DNA of 64,000 nucleotides, taken from IMG/VR virus record IMGVR_UViG_3300042477_000769; one strand, given 5' to 3'. A program made the position numbers and the translations under genes. The notes under the pieces were generated by a model. It did no database searches. It was not told the origin of the DNA and saw nothing but the letters and a program-made list of their open reading frames with translations. Position 1 is the stretch's first letter, and each line of letters begins with the position of its first letter. This DNA is from a virus (lineage: Duplodnaviria > Caudoviricetes). This document shows positions 18,490 to 28,899 of this stretch, piece by piece.

Positions 18490-19437
18490 ATGCCTCGCTA
18501 TACTCGACACCAATCTATCATTTCCCGCCATTCGGATGAATCAATTTCAGATGAGATGTGGTTACATAAAGTAAAGAATAATTTACAAAAGGGAGCGGTA
18601 CAACCTCGAAGCCAAGATTCCCTATTTGATCAAATTAATTCTATTATGAATGGAAATGCTAAGTCAAAATATTCTTCAGTCGAAGCGGCAGTAGAAGATA
18701 TGAAGGCTCGAAGTGGATTAACTGAGTATTTAAAGAAATCTAGCGATCACAGCAAAATCAAACAAGCCTCGGCTGAAATGGACCAATTACATAGTCAGAT
18801 CAAATCAGCTGCTGCTTCGGAAGATTGGTATCAAGTTGGTTATTTAATGGGTAAATTAGATAGTCATCAAGGACAAGTATTAACGGCCGTTGAATCGTTA
18901 AAAAACATTAAAAAGTTTGAAGACCCAGAATTGAATAAGATTCAACCTCCGATGAATAAATGGTTAGCTTATACTATGGGATATAGTACGGGGACTAATA
19001 AAAACGAAGAAGAGTTTAAGACTGACATGAAGCATACCATGTCAGTTATTAACCGTATTAATTTAAAGAAAAAAGCTTTAGATAATAATGCGGTGATGGA
19101 TAAGAATACTGATGATACACCAATAGTAATTAAAAAGTATCCGACGATCATGAATACTATTCAAAATTATATTCGTGATACCAAGGGAAATTTACCTGTA
19201 CCGGCTATTTTAGATAAAATTAGATCTATTCATCAAGCTGATTGTTCCGATGGTGCCGATTGGGAAGATGAGAAATTAATTAGATTAGTGAGTCGTCTTA
19301 ATTTAGAAGCTAAGAAGAGTAATCCTGATAATTATATGAATTATACTAATTTGGGCTCTCATGATAATAGTTCTAATTCAGAGATTGATCCGGCTAATAC
19401 TGATGCATTTTTTGGATTAAATCCCGCCAAAATGTAA
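18490..19437 (+). CDS. Hypothetical protein
   Basis: 315-aa ORF; IKQA|S, IKSA|A and KKKA|L delimit an internal segment. Confidence 0.6.
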   Translation: MPRYTRHQSIISRHSDESISDEMWLHKVKNNLQKGAVQPRSQDSLFDQINSIMNGNAKSKYSSVEAAVEDMKARSGLTEYLKKSSDHSKIKQASAEMDQLHSQIKSAAASEDWYQVGYLMGKLDSHQGQVLTAVESLKNIKKFEDPELNKIQPPMNKWLAYTMGYSTGTNKNEEEFKTDMKHTMSVINRINLKKKALDNNAVMDKNTDDTPIVIKKYPTIMNTIQNYIRDTKGNLPVPAILDKIRSIHQADCSDGADWEDEKLIRLVSRLNLEAKKSNPDNYMNYTNLGSHDNSSNSEIDPANTDAFFGLNPAKM

Positions 19438-19438
19438 C

Positions 19439-20152
19439 ATGGGCAAGCCAAAATCCAACACGGCAGAATTTATTGCTAAAAGCAATAAAAAACATCGTCA
19501 TTTTTATGATTATCAACAAGTGGATTATATTACTCAACATATTCCAGTCGTTATCAAGTGTCCTATTCACGGATTTTTTACTCAAAAACCAAAAGCACAT
19601 TTACGGTATGGATGTAATAAGTGTGCCCAAGAAGTAAGATTAAAATCAATTCGAAAAACTAGTGAAGAGATATTATCTCAGTGTTTCTTAGTGCATCAAG
19701 ATCGATATGATTATTCTAAGATGCAATTTCTTTCGACTCGCCAAAAAGTAGAAATAATTTGCAAAATCCATGGGCCGTTTTGGCAGACGATGCATGATCA
19801 TTTGGCCGGCAAAGGCTGTGCTAAATGCATTAATAAAGTATCCAAAAACGAAACTCGATGGTTAGATTTAATGAGCATCGACCCAAAATTTAGAAATTAT
19901 AAAATTAACTTAAGCAAGTCATATTATGTCGATGGATATGATCCAATGACTAAAACTATTTACGAGTTCAATGGTGATTATTGGCATGGTAATCCTAGTA
20001 AATTTTGTCCGGATAAAATTAATAATCATACTAAATGTAGTTTTGGTCAATTATATCAACAAACTTTAGCTAAAGAAGTAGAGTTTAAAAAACATGGCTA
20101 TAAAGTTATATCTATTTGGGAAGTTGATTTTGTGAATATTTATGGCCGATGA
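19439..20152 (+). CDS. Zinc-ribbon PD-(D/E)xK-type putative homing endonuclease (paralog of 16443..17552)
   Basis: IKCPIHG, IICKIHG, YVDGYDPMTKTIYEFNGDYWHGNP, SIWE. Confidence 0.8.
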   Translation: MGKPKSNTAEFIAKSNKKHRHFYDYQQVDYITQHIPVVIKCPIHGFFTQKPKAHLRYGCNKCAQEVRLKSIRKTSEEILSQCFLVHQDRYDYSKMQFLSTRQKVEIICKIHGPFWQTMHDHLAGKGCAKCINKVSKNETRWLDLMSIDPKFRNYKINLSKSYYVDGYDPMTKTIYEFNGDYWHGNPSKFCPDKINNHTKCSFGQLYQQTLAKEVEFKKHGYKVISIWEVDFVNIYGR

Positions 20153-22472
20153 TAGTTTATTTTTAAAATTAAAGAATCAATTGATGATGTTAGATCCGGT
20201 AGTCTTTGTGGAATCTAACCTGACATTAGATGGCAAGCCTTTTAGATTGCGAGGGAATGGATATCGACCCTTTGCGGAGATTTATCGGTATATTGGGATT
20301 AAGGCGTTGGAGCCAAATTCGAAGCCGATCATTATCGTGAAAGGTAGACAAGTGGGCGCCACCACCATGGCCTCCGCCCTAGAAATGTACTTCATGGGCT
20401 CCGGCATTTTTGGCACCGGCAGCAAGCCTCCGGTTCGAATTATTCATGCCTTTCCCCAATTAGAATTAGCGGCAGCCTACTCTAAAACCAAATTAAATCA
20501 AATTATTTCTTCTTCGGTCCCATTACCATCAGATCCCAATAATAAGTCATTAAAGCCCAAAGCTTATATGCAATCGTTATTGGATCAATCTACTTCCACT
20601 AATGATTCGTTACATTTTAAGCAATTTGTAGGTGGTAATCATTTATGGATTGAGTCTGTGGGTTTAGATGGTGATAGAGTAATGGGACGCAGTGCGGATA
20701 TTATCTTCTTTGATGAATGTTTTCCGTATAATCAAAAAATAGCAACTAATCAAGGTAAAAAATCTATTGGTCAATTATATGATTTATTTACCAATAATCA
20801 AAATGTTCCATTAGTTTTAACTTTTAATTTAGAAAATGAAAATTTTGAATACAAAAAAATTGTTAATGTCTTTAATCGTGGAGATAAAAAATTAGTTAAT
20901 ATTAAATTAAGTGGAAGAAAAATTTCATGTACTGATAATCATCGGTTTCTGACTGAATTTGGCTGGAAAGAAATAAAAGATATTCCTATTGGAACATTAA
21001 TTAAAAGCTACGATGATACTTATAAAAAAGTTAGTTGGTTAGTTTTAGATAGCATTGAATATTCGAATGAGACAAAAACAGTCTATGATATTGAAGTAGA
21101 AGATAATCATAATTTTATTTTGGCGCCAAATAAAAATGGAAAGCATCAAGGTGGTCCGATAGTTCATAATTGCCAGAAAACTACTAGTATTGCCATTGGA
21201 AATTCTCTTAAAACTTTAACAACAGCCAAATATGGTAAACCGTCTAAAGGAGTTCAAGTTTATTTTGGAACTCCTAGAAGAAAAGGCTCTGATTTCCATA
21301 AAATGTGGCAAACTTCTTCTCAACAATATTATTATTTAGGATGTGGAAAATGTAAAGAATATTTTCCTCTATATACTCCTGGATCAGATGATTGGAAGAA
21401 TATTTGGATTTATGGATTTATGGTTAAATGCCCACATTGTGGTCATGAGCAAAATAAATTAGAAGCGGCAGAAAGAGGTAAATGGACTGCCTTACGAGAC
21501 CCAGATGATCCGGATTGCAAAATGGTTGGGTTCCATATCAATCAATTATACATGCCTATGTTTAGTCGAGAAGATATGGATAATGAAATGCCGGGGAATC
21601 ATCCTATTAATACTGAACGTGTCTTCATGAACGAAGTTATGGGAGAATTCTTTCAAGGAGATTCTAGTCCCATTACTCCAGAAGAAATTAAAGAGAAATG
21701 TGGAGATGACCGTAAATTTAGTGCTCGTATTGCTCCTTCTCGAAATGGTACCGATCAACAAATCGTAGTCTTAGGTATCGATTATGGTGCTAGAGCAGAC
21801 GTAGAACAATTAGCCGATATTGAAAATTCTAAATCTAAAGGTCAATCCTATAGTACAGCAGTGGTGTTATCGGCTAAAGGCCCAGGATTATTACATATTG
21901 AATTTGCCACTAAATTTAAAAGAAACGATCCGGAAAGCAAAAAGGGTCTGATTGAACAAATTATTAGACAATATGGTGTGAATTTAGCGATTGGTGATAT
22001 TGGATATTCTAATGATTTTTCTCAAACGTTACATCAAATTTATGGGGACAAATATATTGTCTCTCGTGCTCATCCAAAAGTCAATAATCATATCAAATAT
22101 AGTATAGATGCTTTTCCCAAAGAATTAGTCTTTGAAAGAGATTATTATATTGGAGAATTATATGAACAATTAAAGAATGGGATGATTAAGTTTCCTTTTG
22201 GAGACTATGAAAAAATTGCTTGGTTAATTGATCATTGTTGTAGTATGGAAATTAAGCCCTCTATTTCTCGAATGGGGGCGGATCCTCAAATCCATTATGT
22301 CAAGGGCGGAACTCCCAATGACGGATTTATGGCCTTATTGAATGCCTATTTGGCATATAAATTTATCATTACTAAGGGATTTACTAATAATAATCCTATT
22401 TTGCAAAAATCTAATTTTTCTAATATGAATAAGCCATTAGTAACTGGTGGTTATATTTCTCGTAAATTCTGA
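20142..22472 (+). CDS. terL: Terminase large subunit (lambda GpA-like), intein-containing
   Basis: Walker A KGRQVGATT; Walker B IIFFDE; YFGTP; Zn clusters CGKC and CPHC; nuclease VLGIDYG..AIGDIGY..PND. Confidence 0.92.
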   Translation: MADDSLFLKLKNQLMMLDPVVFVESNLTLDGKPFRLRGNGYRPFAEIYRYIGIKALEPNSKPIIIVKGRQVGATTMASALEMYFMGSGIFGTGSKPPVRIIHAFPQLELAAAYSKTKLNQIISSSVPLPSDPNNKSLKPKAYMQSLLDQSTSTNDSLHFKQFVGGNHLWIESVGLDGDRVMGRSADIIFFDECFPYNQKIATNQGKKSIGQLYDLFTNNQNVPLVLTFNLENENFEYKKIVNVFNRGDKKLVNIKLSGRKISCTDNHRFLTEFGWKEIKDIPIGTLIKSYDDTYKKVSWLVLDSIEYSNETKTVYDIEVEDNHNFILAPNKNGKHQGGPIVHNCQKTTSIAIGNSLKTLTTAKYGKPSKGVQVYFGTPRRKGSDFHKMWQTSSQQYYYLGCGKCKEYFPLYTPGSDDWKNIWIYGFMVKCPHCGHEQNKLEAAERGKWTALRDPDDPDCKMVGFHINQLYMPMFSREDMDNEMPGNHPINTERVFMNEVMGEFFQGDSSPITPEEIKEKCGDDRKFSARIAPSRNGTDQQIVVLGIDYGARADVEQLADIENSKSKGQSYSTAVVLSAKGPGLLHIEFATKFKRNDPESKKGLIEQIIRQYGVNLAIGDIGYSNDFSQTLHQIYGDKYIVSRAHPKVNNHIKYSIDAFPKELVFERDYYIGELYEQLKNGMIKFPFGDYEKIAWLIDHCCSMEIKPSISRMGADPQIHYVKGGTPNDGFMALLNAYLAYKFIITKGFTNNNPILQKSNFSNMNKPLVTGGYISRKF
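20718..21170 (+). mobile_element. Mini-intein (Hint only, 151 aa) directly after Walker B of TerL
   Basis: Begins CFPYNQKI; block B CTDNHRF; block F VYDIEVEDNHNF; ends IVHN; +1 Cys; splicing restores FFDE-CQ. Confidence 0.92.
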
Positions 22473-22527
22473 TTATTGCTAAGAATTGATATATATCATA
22501 TTGTTGCATAGTATAAAATGAGGATAC

Positions 22528-25500
22528 ATGGCTAAAAATAAATTAACACGTTGGGATGGCCCTTCTAAATCGGAGCAATATTTAGCATCTCGATCTGATG
22601 TACCGCAAGTTAGCGCTTTGATGGCAAAATCAGTGTCACAGTTTAGACGAGATGGAATCTCAAATGAAGTCAATCAAGGATTTTTTCGTGATGGTTCGGG
22701 CCCGTCAGCCTCAGAAGATGGTAGTACGGTTAATGGAAGGGTAGTATCTTCAGTTGGTCAAAATAAATTTGCTCAAGTAGTTAGCTCTTCTGGAGGAAAC
22801 TATCGTGGTGGTAACGGAGATACTGTTAAACAATCTCCAGAAGTTTATTCTCCATTATGGTTGAATTCTAATTTAAACTTACCACGAGATAGAGCCACTA
22901 TTAATGCTTGGTGTCGCAGCTTTTATGCACTAAATCCCTTTGTCCATAATGCTATTAATTTGCATAGCACTTATCCTATTAGTAAATTAAATATTACTTG
23001 TCCCAATAAAGAAATTGAAAGATTCTTCAATGATATGATTGAAGAAATTGATTTAATGAATGTCTGCGTTCAAATTGCCCAAGAATATTGGTTATTGGGA
23101 GAGTCTTTCGTCTATTCAGAATTAGATGAAAGTCGTGGCAAATGGAGCCGGTTATTAATTCAAAATCCAGATTATATGATTGTCAAACGTACTGTAGTGG
23201 CGAATGAGCCCATCATTATGTTACGCCCGGATGAAAATTTAAAGAAAATTATCTTTTCTAATCGACCTACTGATATTGAGCAAAGAAAACAATTAAATAG
23301 TCACATTATTAATTCCGTTAAACGTGGCGAGAATATTCCTTTAGATAATTTTCATGTCTCTCATTTGGCGAGAAGAATTAGTCCGTATGAAATCCGAGGG
23401 ACGGGGTTGCCGGTGTGTATTTTCCGGCAGCTGATGTTGTTTGATAAGTTACGCGAGTGCTACTCCGCTGACACCGAAGTTCTCACCAATCAAGGTTTTA
23501 AAAAAATCACCGACCTTTTACAAGTCAATAATACAGTCAATCATAAACTAGCTCGTATTAAACTAGCCTTAGTAGATGATAATAACCAAGTTAATTATGA
23601 TTATCCTGAAAATTTATCTATTGAGCAATATTCTGGTCAAATATTTTCGGTGACTGGTAAAAAAGTAGATTTAGCAGTTTTACCAACTAGTTGGTTAGAT
23701 GTAGCTAAAACTGATAATAACTTTCAAAAGGTGATGGCCTCTTCTTTATTAGAAAAGAAATCCTATTATCAATTTAATTCTCAAGTCCAATTTAATAATA
23801 CTGACCATCCGGCCACCGTGGTAGTCAATGGCAAGCATATTCCAACCGAATTATACTTAAAAGTATTAGGCTATTTGGTCTCCGAAGGATGCATTTATGC
23901 TAATGATCAAAATAATAGACATGATGCGTCTATCTCGGTCAGTCAATTAACTTCTAGTGATTGTTATCAAGAGATGAGAGAGTCTTTTGATGTATTTGCC
24001 CAATTATTAAATAAAAAGGCTAATCATACTGTTAAAGTAATTGGTTCTGGATATTCTGCTCATACTCCCAAAGAAAAATGGCAAGTAGTGATTCATGGCA
24101 AAGATCTCGTTGACCATTTTAAAAAAGAAATTGGTACTAATCAAAATACCTTATCGGCTCATAAATGTTTGCCTCGATGGGTATTAAATTTAACTCCCGA
24201 ATTAATGAATACATTATTGCAGGCATTAGTTAAAGGAGATGGCTCAGAACGAGTAGCAAATAAGTCGACTAGTTTTAAATATTCTACCATTTCTAAGCAA
24301 TTAGCTGATGATGTATATGAATTAGTATTTAAATTAGGGTTTGCGCCGAATCTGTGTATTTCTACTGCGACTAAAACCAATAACAAATCAGTGACAGAAT
24401 ATATTGTCATGTGGTCGACTACTGAGTATGGCAATCATCCATATGTCTGTTCTTTTGATCACAAGAATAAATTTGGTGGTGCGACTATTGCTCTTAATGA
24501 GTATACTGGTAAATTATGGAATATTGCGACCAATAAAAAAGTTATTTCTAGAAGAAATGGTAAAATCACAGTCCAATATGCTAATTCTTATGATGAGCAC
24601 ACTGAAATTTTAACAGAAGAAGGCTTTAAATATTTACACCAATTAGAGAAAGATAATTACATTAATGGCATCATTGTCAATGAGGATCAATCATTATCGT
24701 TATTAACTTTGAAAGATGATATTAAAATTGCTTGTGTTAATCCTAAGACTCAAGCCATGGAATATCATACGCCTATTGAAATGCATATGTCTCACTATGA
24801 TGGAGATATGATTCATTTTCAAGGTAAAAAAGTAGATTGCTTAGTTACTCCCAATCACAAAATGTGGGTCAATCCAATTATTAACAATCAAGAAATGGGA
24901 TATGCTAAAATTCCAGCTCGAGAATTATCCGTTGGACATTCTTATAAATTTAATAATGTTATTGATTGGGCCGGTAATAATGTAGAGTCGGTAACAGTCA
25001 TTGATAAACAAGTTCCGATTGAGGTATATTTAAAATTTATTGGCAATGTGATTAGTGAGGGTTGTGTTGATAGTAGTTTGAATAAAAAAACCAATCAACA
25101 TAGAAATAGGGTGGTAGTTACTCAATTAACGCAATCTTTATATTATCGCAATATGAGAGAGAATATTGAAAATTTTGCTCAGATTTTCGATAAAAAAGTA
25201 TCTACCTCCATTAAAGTTAAAGGCGGAGGCTTCTCGGCTCATTGTCCCAAAGAACAATGGAGCGGAACTATTTATTATAATTTGCTCAATAAGTACTTAA
25301 TTGAGACTATTGGGATCGATGGTAAGTGTGATTCTAAAAACAAACGAATTCCTAGATTTGTTTTAGATTTATCTCCAGATAAATTGCAAATTATTTTAGA
25401 CGCTTTATTGGATGGTGATGGTTCTAGAAAGAAATTAAATAACTCGCAATCGTCTTATAAGTATTCTACTGCCTCTAAACAATTAGCAGATGATGTTTAT

Positions 25501-26601
25501 GAGTTAGTTTATAAATTAGGATATGTGCCTATTTTACAAGCTTTCAAGAGAAAGACTTGTACTGAATATGTAATTCGATGGTCTGATACTAATAAAGGGT
25601 TAACACCTAAAATTAATGGTAGCGGTAAAAATCAAAAAGGCGCTTCTTTTAACAAAGTAAATTATCATGGTTTGGTGTGGTGTTTTGAGGTACCGACGGG
25701 ATTGTTTGTGACGAGAAGAAATGGGAAGGTGACGGTGCAGGGGAATTCGAAGTACGCCCAGGCGGATAATATGGTAAACCCCCTCACCCTGGTCAAAATC
25801 GGCACCGACGCTGCCGACGGCCTTCACCCCACCTTTGCCGACCTAGAAGCCTGGCGCAATGTCTTTGAGCAAGCTCAATATGATAAGGATTTTAAGATTT
25901 TTACTCATTCTGGCGTAGCGGTAGAACGAGTGGGTTATGGTCAAGGCATTTATGACATTTCTGGAGATATTACCCAAATTATTAAAGAGATTTATGTTGG
26001 GTTACAAGTACCGCCGGTATTAATGGATGGTGGCGCGGATACCACTTATGCTAATGGTAGTGTGGCCTTGGATGTATTAAAGCAACGCTATATGCAATTC
26101 CGAAACATGCTATCTACTTGGTTAAAGAGAAAAATCTTCGCTCCTATTTCTAAGATCCAGGGATTTTATGATTATTCTCATGGAGAAAAGCAATTAATTG
26201 TGCCCGAAGTAGATTGGAATCATATGGCATTATTTGATGCTGGTGATTATATTAATACTTTGTTAACCTTAACGCAAGGCGAAGGAGACGCTAAACGTGC
26301 GTCATTGCATACGCTGTATCGTTCTTTGGGTCTAGAGTTTGAAGATGAAATTAGAAAGATGAGAAAAGAATCGATTCAAAGTGCGATCGCTGTAAAAGAG
26401 AAAGAGTCTTTAGCGGCTATGGATTTGAATGCCTTACGAGCCTTGGATGAAGAGGATGAAATTCCAGAAATAGAAAAAGATCCTAATGAGGCTGGTGGTA
26501 GTGAGGGAGCTTTACCAGGACAAGATGCTGGTGGAGGACTTCCTGGATTAGAGAAGGGTTCGGGAGAAGAACCTCCAGTCCCACCTCCACCTGGAGCGTA
26601 A
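22528..26601 (+). CDS. Portal protein containing two tandem inteins (about 594 aa after splicing)
   Basis: Position after terL; portal-like segments NPFVHNAINLHS, QEYWLLGESFV..QNPDYM, SPYEIRGTGL, LQVPPVLMDGG..YANGSVAL; SD AGGA upstream. Confidence 0.85.
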   Translation: MAKNKLTRWDGPSKSEQYLASRSDVPQVSALMAKSVSQFRRDGISNEVNQGFFRDGSGPSASEDGSTVNGRVVSSVGQNKFAQVVSSSGGNYRGGNGDTVKQSPEVYSPLWLNSNLNLPRDRATINAWCRSFYALNPFVHNAINLHSTYPISKLNITCPNKEIERFFNDMIEEIDLMNVCVQIAQEYWLLGESFVYSELDESRGKWSRLLIQNPDYMIVKRTVVANEPIIMLRPDENLKKIIFSNRPTDIEQRKQLNSHIINSVKRGENIPLDNFHVSHLARRISPYEIRGTGLPVCIFRQLMLFDKLRECYSADTEVLTNQGFKKITDLLQVNNTVNHKLARIKLALVDDNNQVNYDYPENLSIEQYSGQIFSVTGKKVDLAVLPTSWLDVAKTDNNFQKVMASSLLEKKSYYQFNSQVQFNNTDHPATVVVNGKHIPTELYLKVLGYLVSEGCIYANDQNNRHDASISVSQLTSSDCYQEMRESFDVFAQLLNKKANHTVKVIGSGYSAHTPKEKWQVVIHGKDLVDHFKKEIGTNQNTLSAHKCLPRWVLNLTPELMNTLLQALVKGDGSERVANKSTSFKYSTISKQLADDVYELVFKLGFAPNLCISTATKTNNKSVTEYIVMWSTTEYGNHPYVCSFDHKNKFGGATIALNEYTGKLWNIATNKKVISRRNGKITVQYANSYDEHTEILTEEGFKYLHQLEKDNYINGIIVNEDQSLSLLTLKDDIKIACVNPKTQAMEYHTPIEMHMSHYDGDMIHFQGKKVDCLVTPNHKMWVNPIINNQEMGYAKIPARELSVGHSYKFNNVIDWAGNNVESVTVIDKQVPIEVYLKFIGNVISEGCVDSSLNKKTNQHRNRVVVTQLTQSLYYRNMRENIENFAQIFDKKVSTSIKVKGGGFSAHCPKEQWSGTIYYNLLNKYLIETIGIDGKCDSKNKRIPRFVLDLSPDKLQIILDALLDGDGSRKKLNNSQSSYKYSTASKQLADDVYELVYKLGYVPILQAFKRKTCTEYVIRWSDTNKGLTPKINGSGKNQKGASFNKVNYHGLVWCFEVPTGLFVTRRNGKVTVQGNSKYAQADNMVNPLTLVKIGTDAADGLHPTFADLEAWRNVFEQAQYDKDFKIFTHSGVAVERVGYGQGIYDISGDITQIIKEIYVGLQVPPVLMDGGADTTYANGSVALDVLKQRYMQFRNMLSTWLKRKIFAPISKIQGFYDYSHGEKQLIVPEVDWNHMALFDAGDYINTLLTLTQGEGDAKRASLHTLYRSLGLEFEDEIRKMRKESIQSAIAVKEKESLAAMDLNALRALDEEDEIPEIEKDPNEAGGSEGALPGQDAGGGLPGLEKGSGEEPPVPPPPGA
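23458..24585 (+). mobile_element. Portal intein 1 (376 aa) with LAGLIDADG domain; splicing motifs degenerate
   Basis: Starts CYSADTEVLT; LGYLVSEG and QALVKGDG; ends KITVQYAN; block B reads VLPTSW with no TxxH. Confidence 0.8.
24586..25746 (+). mobile_element. Portal intein 2 (387 aa) with LAGLIDADG domain
   Basis: Starts SYDEHTEILT; block B VTPNH; IGNVISEG and DALLDGDG; block F VWCFEVPTGLFV; ends TVQGN; +1 Ser. Confidence 0.88.
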
Positions 26602-26662
26602 TCCTAGCAATATTTGGATATAAAGGTGCATTCTATAAATCAGATGCCGCTAAAGGATTATT

Positions 26663-27901
26663 ATGGAAAAAATTGCTCAAAAAAGAAGCATTTTAAATAA
26701 AATAAGAGAAAAAACCAATCTTAGTGGGATTGCGACAGAAAATTTCTTTAATCCAGAATTTAAAAAAGTAATGGATAGTTTACGATTAAAGGATGATACC
26801 ATTCGTTCTATTGTAGCGGGCGAAGTAATTGGTGATGGAGACGCTGGAGAAGATTCGGTGGCTCTTAAAACTTTAATTAAATCCATGAATTCTAATATTA
26901 AAAAACGCGAATATATGTCCGCTATCGCTGATTTAGGTAGATTTCATAAAAAGTCCGCTAAAATAATAGACATTATTAATGAATTAAATTTGGATGTCAG
27001 TGCGGTTCATCAAGAATTCTTGTTTAAAGAATTAGGAGATGAGCAAAAAAAATATTTGCAAGAAATTAAAAATCGTTTTGCTAGTACTAATATGACTAGT
27101 ATTAAAACAGCTGGTTTTTTTGATTTATTTTTTGGAACCGAACGAGATCGAGCTTTAGCTGCGTGGGAAAAAAGATATCCTAAACAAATAGGAAAATTGA
27201 AAAAAGATACTGCTGCGATGACAGATAAGTCTGAAACTTTATTAGATTCTATGCTTTCTGCTCTTAAAGTAATGGCCTCTGCCAGGTCGGTGAGAGATAT
27301 TGATAATTATCTCAAAGGAACAGATAAAATAGTAAAAGCATTTAATAATTATGATAAATCTTTTAGAGATTTTTATTTGGCTAATGTCAAAGGATTTTTG
27401 GATAAAGTAGATTTATCTATTCCGGTTCCGCCCACCAAAGTTAAAGAATTAGAGCAACAACCCGTGCCAGCAGAAGCGATGCCTTCTTTAGTTGATAAGC
27501 CTGCTACTATTCCGGCTAAACCTTCTCCTACTGCTTTTGACAATACAGATACCGTGGAAAATAAATCTACAGTAACTACTACTTTGCCAATGAAAGCTGA
27601 AGAGTCGCCGTTATCTACTTGGCAATCTCCAGTAAATTCAGAAGCTGATACTATGCAAGCTCCACCGCCATCTTTTTCTTTAGAAGAAGATGAAGATCCA
27701 GAGTTTAAAAGCGATCAAATAGCTAAAGAACTATGGGGTAAAACCTCTCATCAAAAATTTCTTCATTGCTTAGAAGCCTTAGCTAATGAAGACCCGATGA
27801 TTGTCAAATCCTATATTAAGAAATATGCGACTTTAATACAAAAAACTCAGCCTACTCTTGCTAGCAATTTATTTAAATTAGCTAATACTTCTCGGAGATA
27901 A
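26663..27901 (+). CDS. Hypothetical protein (probable head-associated)
   Basis: MEKIA|Q, NRFA|S and IKTA|G motifs; Pro-rich linker. Confidence 0.65.
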   Translation: MEKIAQKRSILNKIREKTNLSGIATENFFNPEFKKVMDSLRLKDDTIRSIVAGEVIGDGDAGEDSVALKTLIKSMNSNIKKREYMSAIADLGRFHKKSAKIIDIINELNLDVSAVHQEFLFKELGDEQKKYLQEIKNRFASTNMTSIKTAGFFDLFFGTERDRALAAWEKRYPKQIGKLKKDTAAMTDKSETLLDSMLSALKVMASARSVRDIDNYLKGTDKIVKAFNNYDKSFRDFYLANVKGFLDKVDLSIPVPPTKVKELEQQPVPAEAMPSLVDKPATIPAKPSPTAFDNTDTVENKSTVTTTLPMKAEESPLSTWQSPVNSEADTMQAPPPSFSLEEDEDPEFKSDQIAKELWGKTSHQKFLHCLEALANEDPMIVKSYIKKYATLIQKTQPTLASNLFKLANTSRR

Positions 27902-27903
27902 TT

Positions 27904-28899
27904 ATGGGTCAAAGAGTAAAAAGAGTTAGAACTACTGTGTCTGATTCTGAATTAGCTAATACCATGGTAAAAGCGTGGGAAGAACTTTTTAGAACAACTC
28001 CTTCTAAAGAGCAAATTAACATGCTTATGGCTCATAATGCTTTAGAAACGGGTCACCGTAAAAGCATGTGGAATTATAATATTGGAAATATTACTACGGA
28101 TGGTAAGGGTAGTTTTAATTATTTTGATGATTTAACCACTGATGAACAAATTAAACCCGGAAAATGGGAAAAAAGAAATCTTAAATATCGAGCTTATCCT
28201 AATTTATTAGAAGGAGTTAAAGATTATTTAAAATTATTAAGCAATGCTAAATATGCTAATGCCTGGAAACATATTCTGAATCCAGATATTGCTGCCTTTT
28301 CTAAAGGATTAAAAGAATCTAGATATTATACTGCTAATGAAGCTCCCTATACTAAATATTTAACGACTATTTATAATCAATTAGCTAAAAAAGATTTACC
28401 TCTTGAAACATCCACTAAGAATGTATCTAATAAAGATTTTCAATATTATGAAGATGAATTATCCTCTGTCTTAAATCAATATCTGCAAATGGTGGCGGCG
28501 AGCGAAAAAAGCAATAAACAATTATATAAGAAATATTTGCCGCACCATAATTTTTCTATAAAAATAACTTCTAATAATATTTGTGACTCCTCCGAGTATG
28601 CTAGAGTATTATCGGCCGTTTTAGAAGAAGAATTATTAGCTTCAACTGCGATTTATCATCAAGATAATCAGGTAGAGGTAGAGTGTAAAATAATGGGACC
28701 GAAACCTCAATGTTTTCAAGCGGTGGCTCAAATAAATGAATTATTAACTGATACTTTTAAACAAGCTACCCAAAAAATTGGGTCTCCGTATATTTCAGCT
28801 CAAGTAATTAACAAACGTGCTGCGCATCAGCTATTAGATCCCGCTGTAGCTTATGAGTATCACTTGCAATTTTTATCAAAATTTAAGGAATATCCATGA
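27904..28899 (+). CDS. GH73/FlgJ-like glucosaminidase or lysozyme-fold hydrolase with C-terminal domain
   Basis: AHNALETG (candidate catalytic Glu), WNYNIGNI, YRAYPNLLEGVKDY, GLKESRYYTA. Confidence 0.6.
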   Translation: MGQRVKRVRTTVSDSELANTMVKAWEELFRTTPSKEQINMLMAHNALETGHRKSMWNYNIGNITTDGKGSFNYFDDLTTDEQIKPGKWEKRNLKYRAYPNLLEGVKDYLKLLSNAKYANAWKHILNPDIAAFSKGLKESRYYTANEAPYTKYLTTIYNQLAKKDLPLETSTKNVSNKDFQYYEDELSSVLNQYLQMVAASEKSNKQLYKKYLPHHNFSIKITSNNICDSSEYARVLSAVLEEELLASTAIYHQDNQVEVECKIMGPKPQCFQAVAQINELLTDTFKQATQKIGSPYISAQVINKRAAHQLLDPAVAYEYHLQFLSKFKEYP

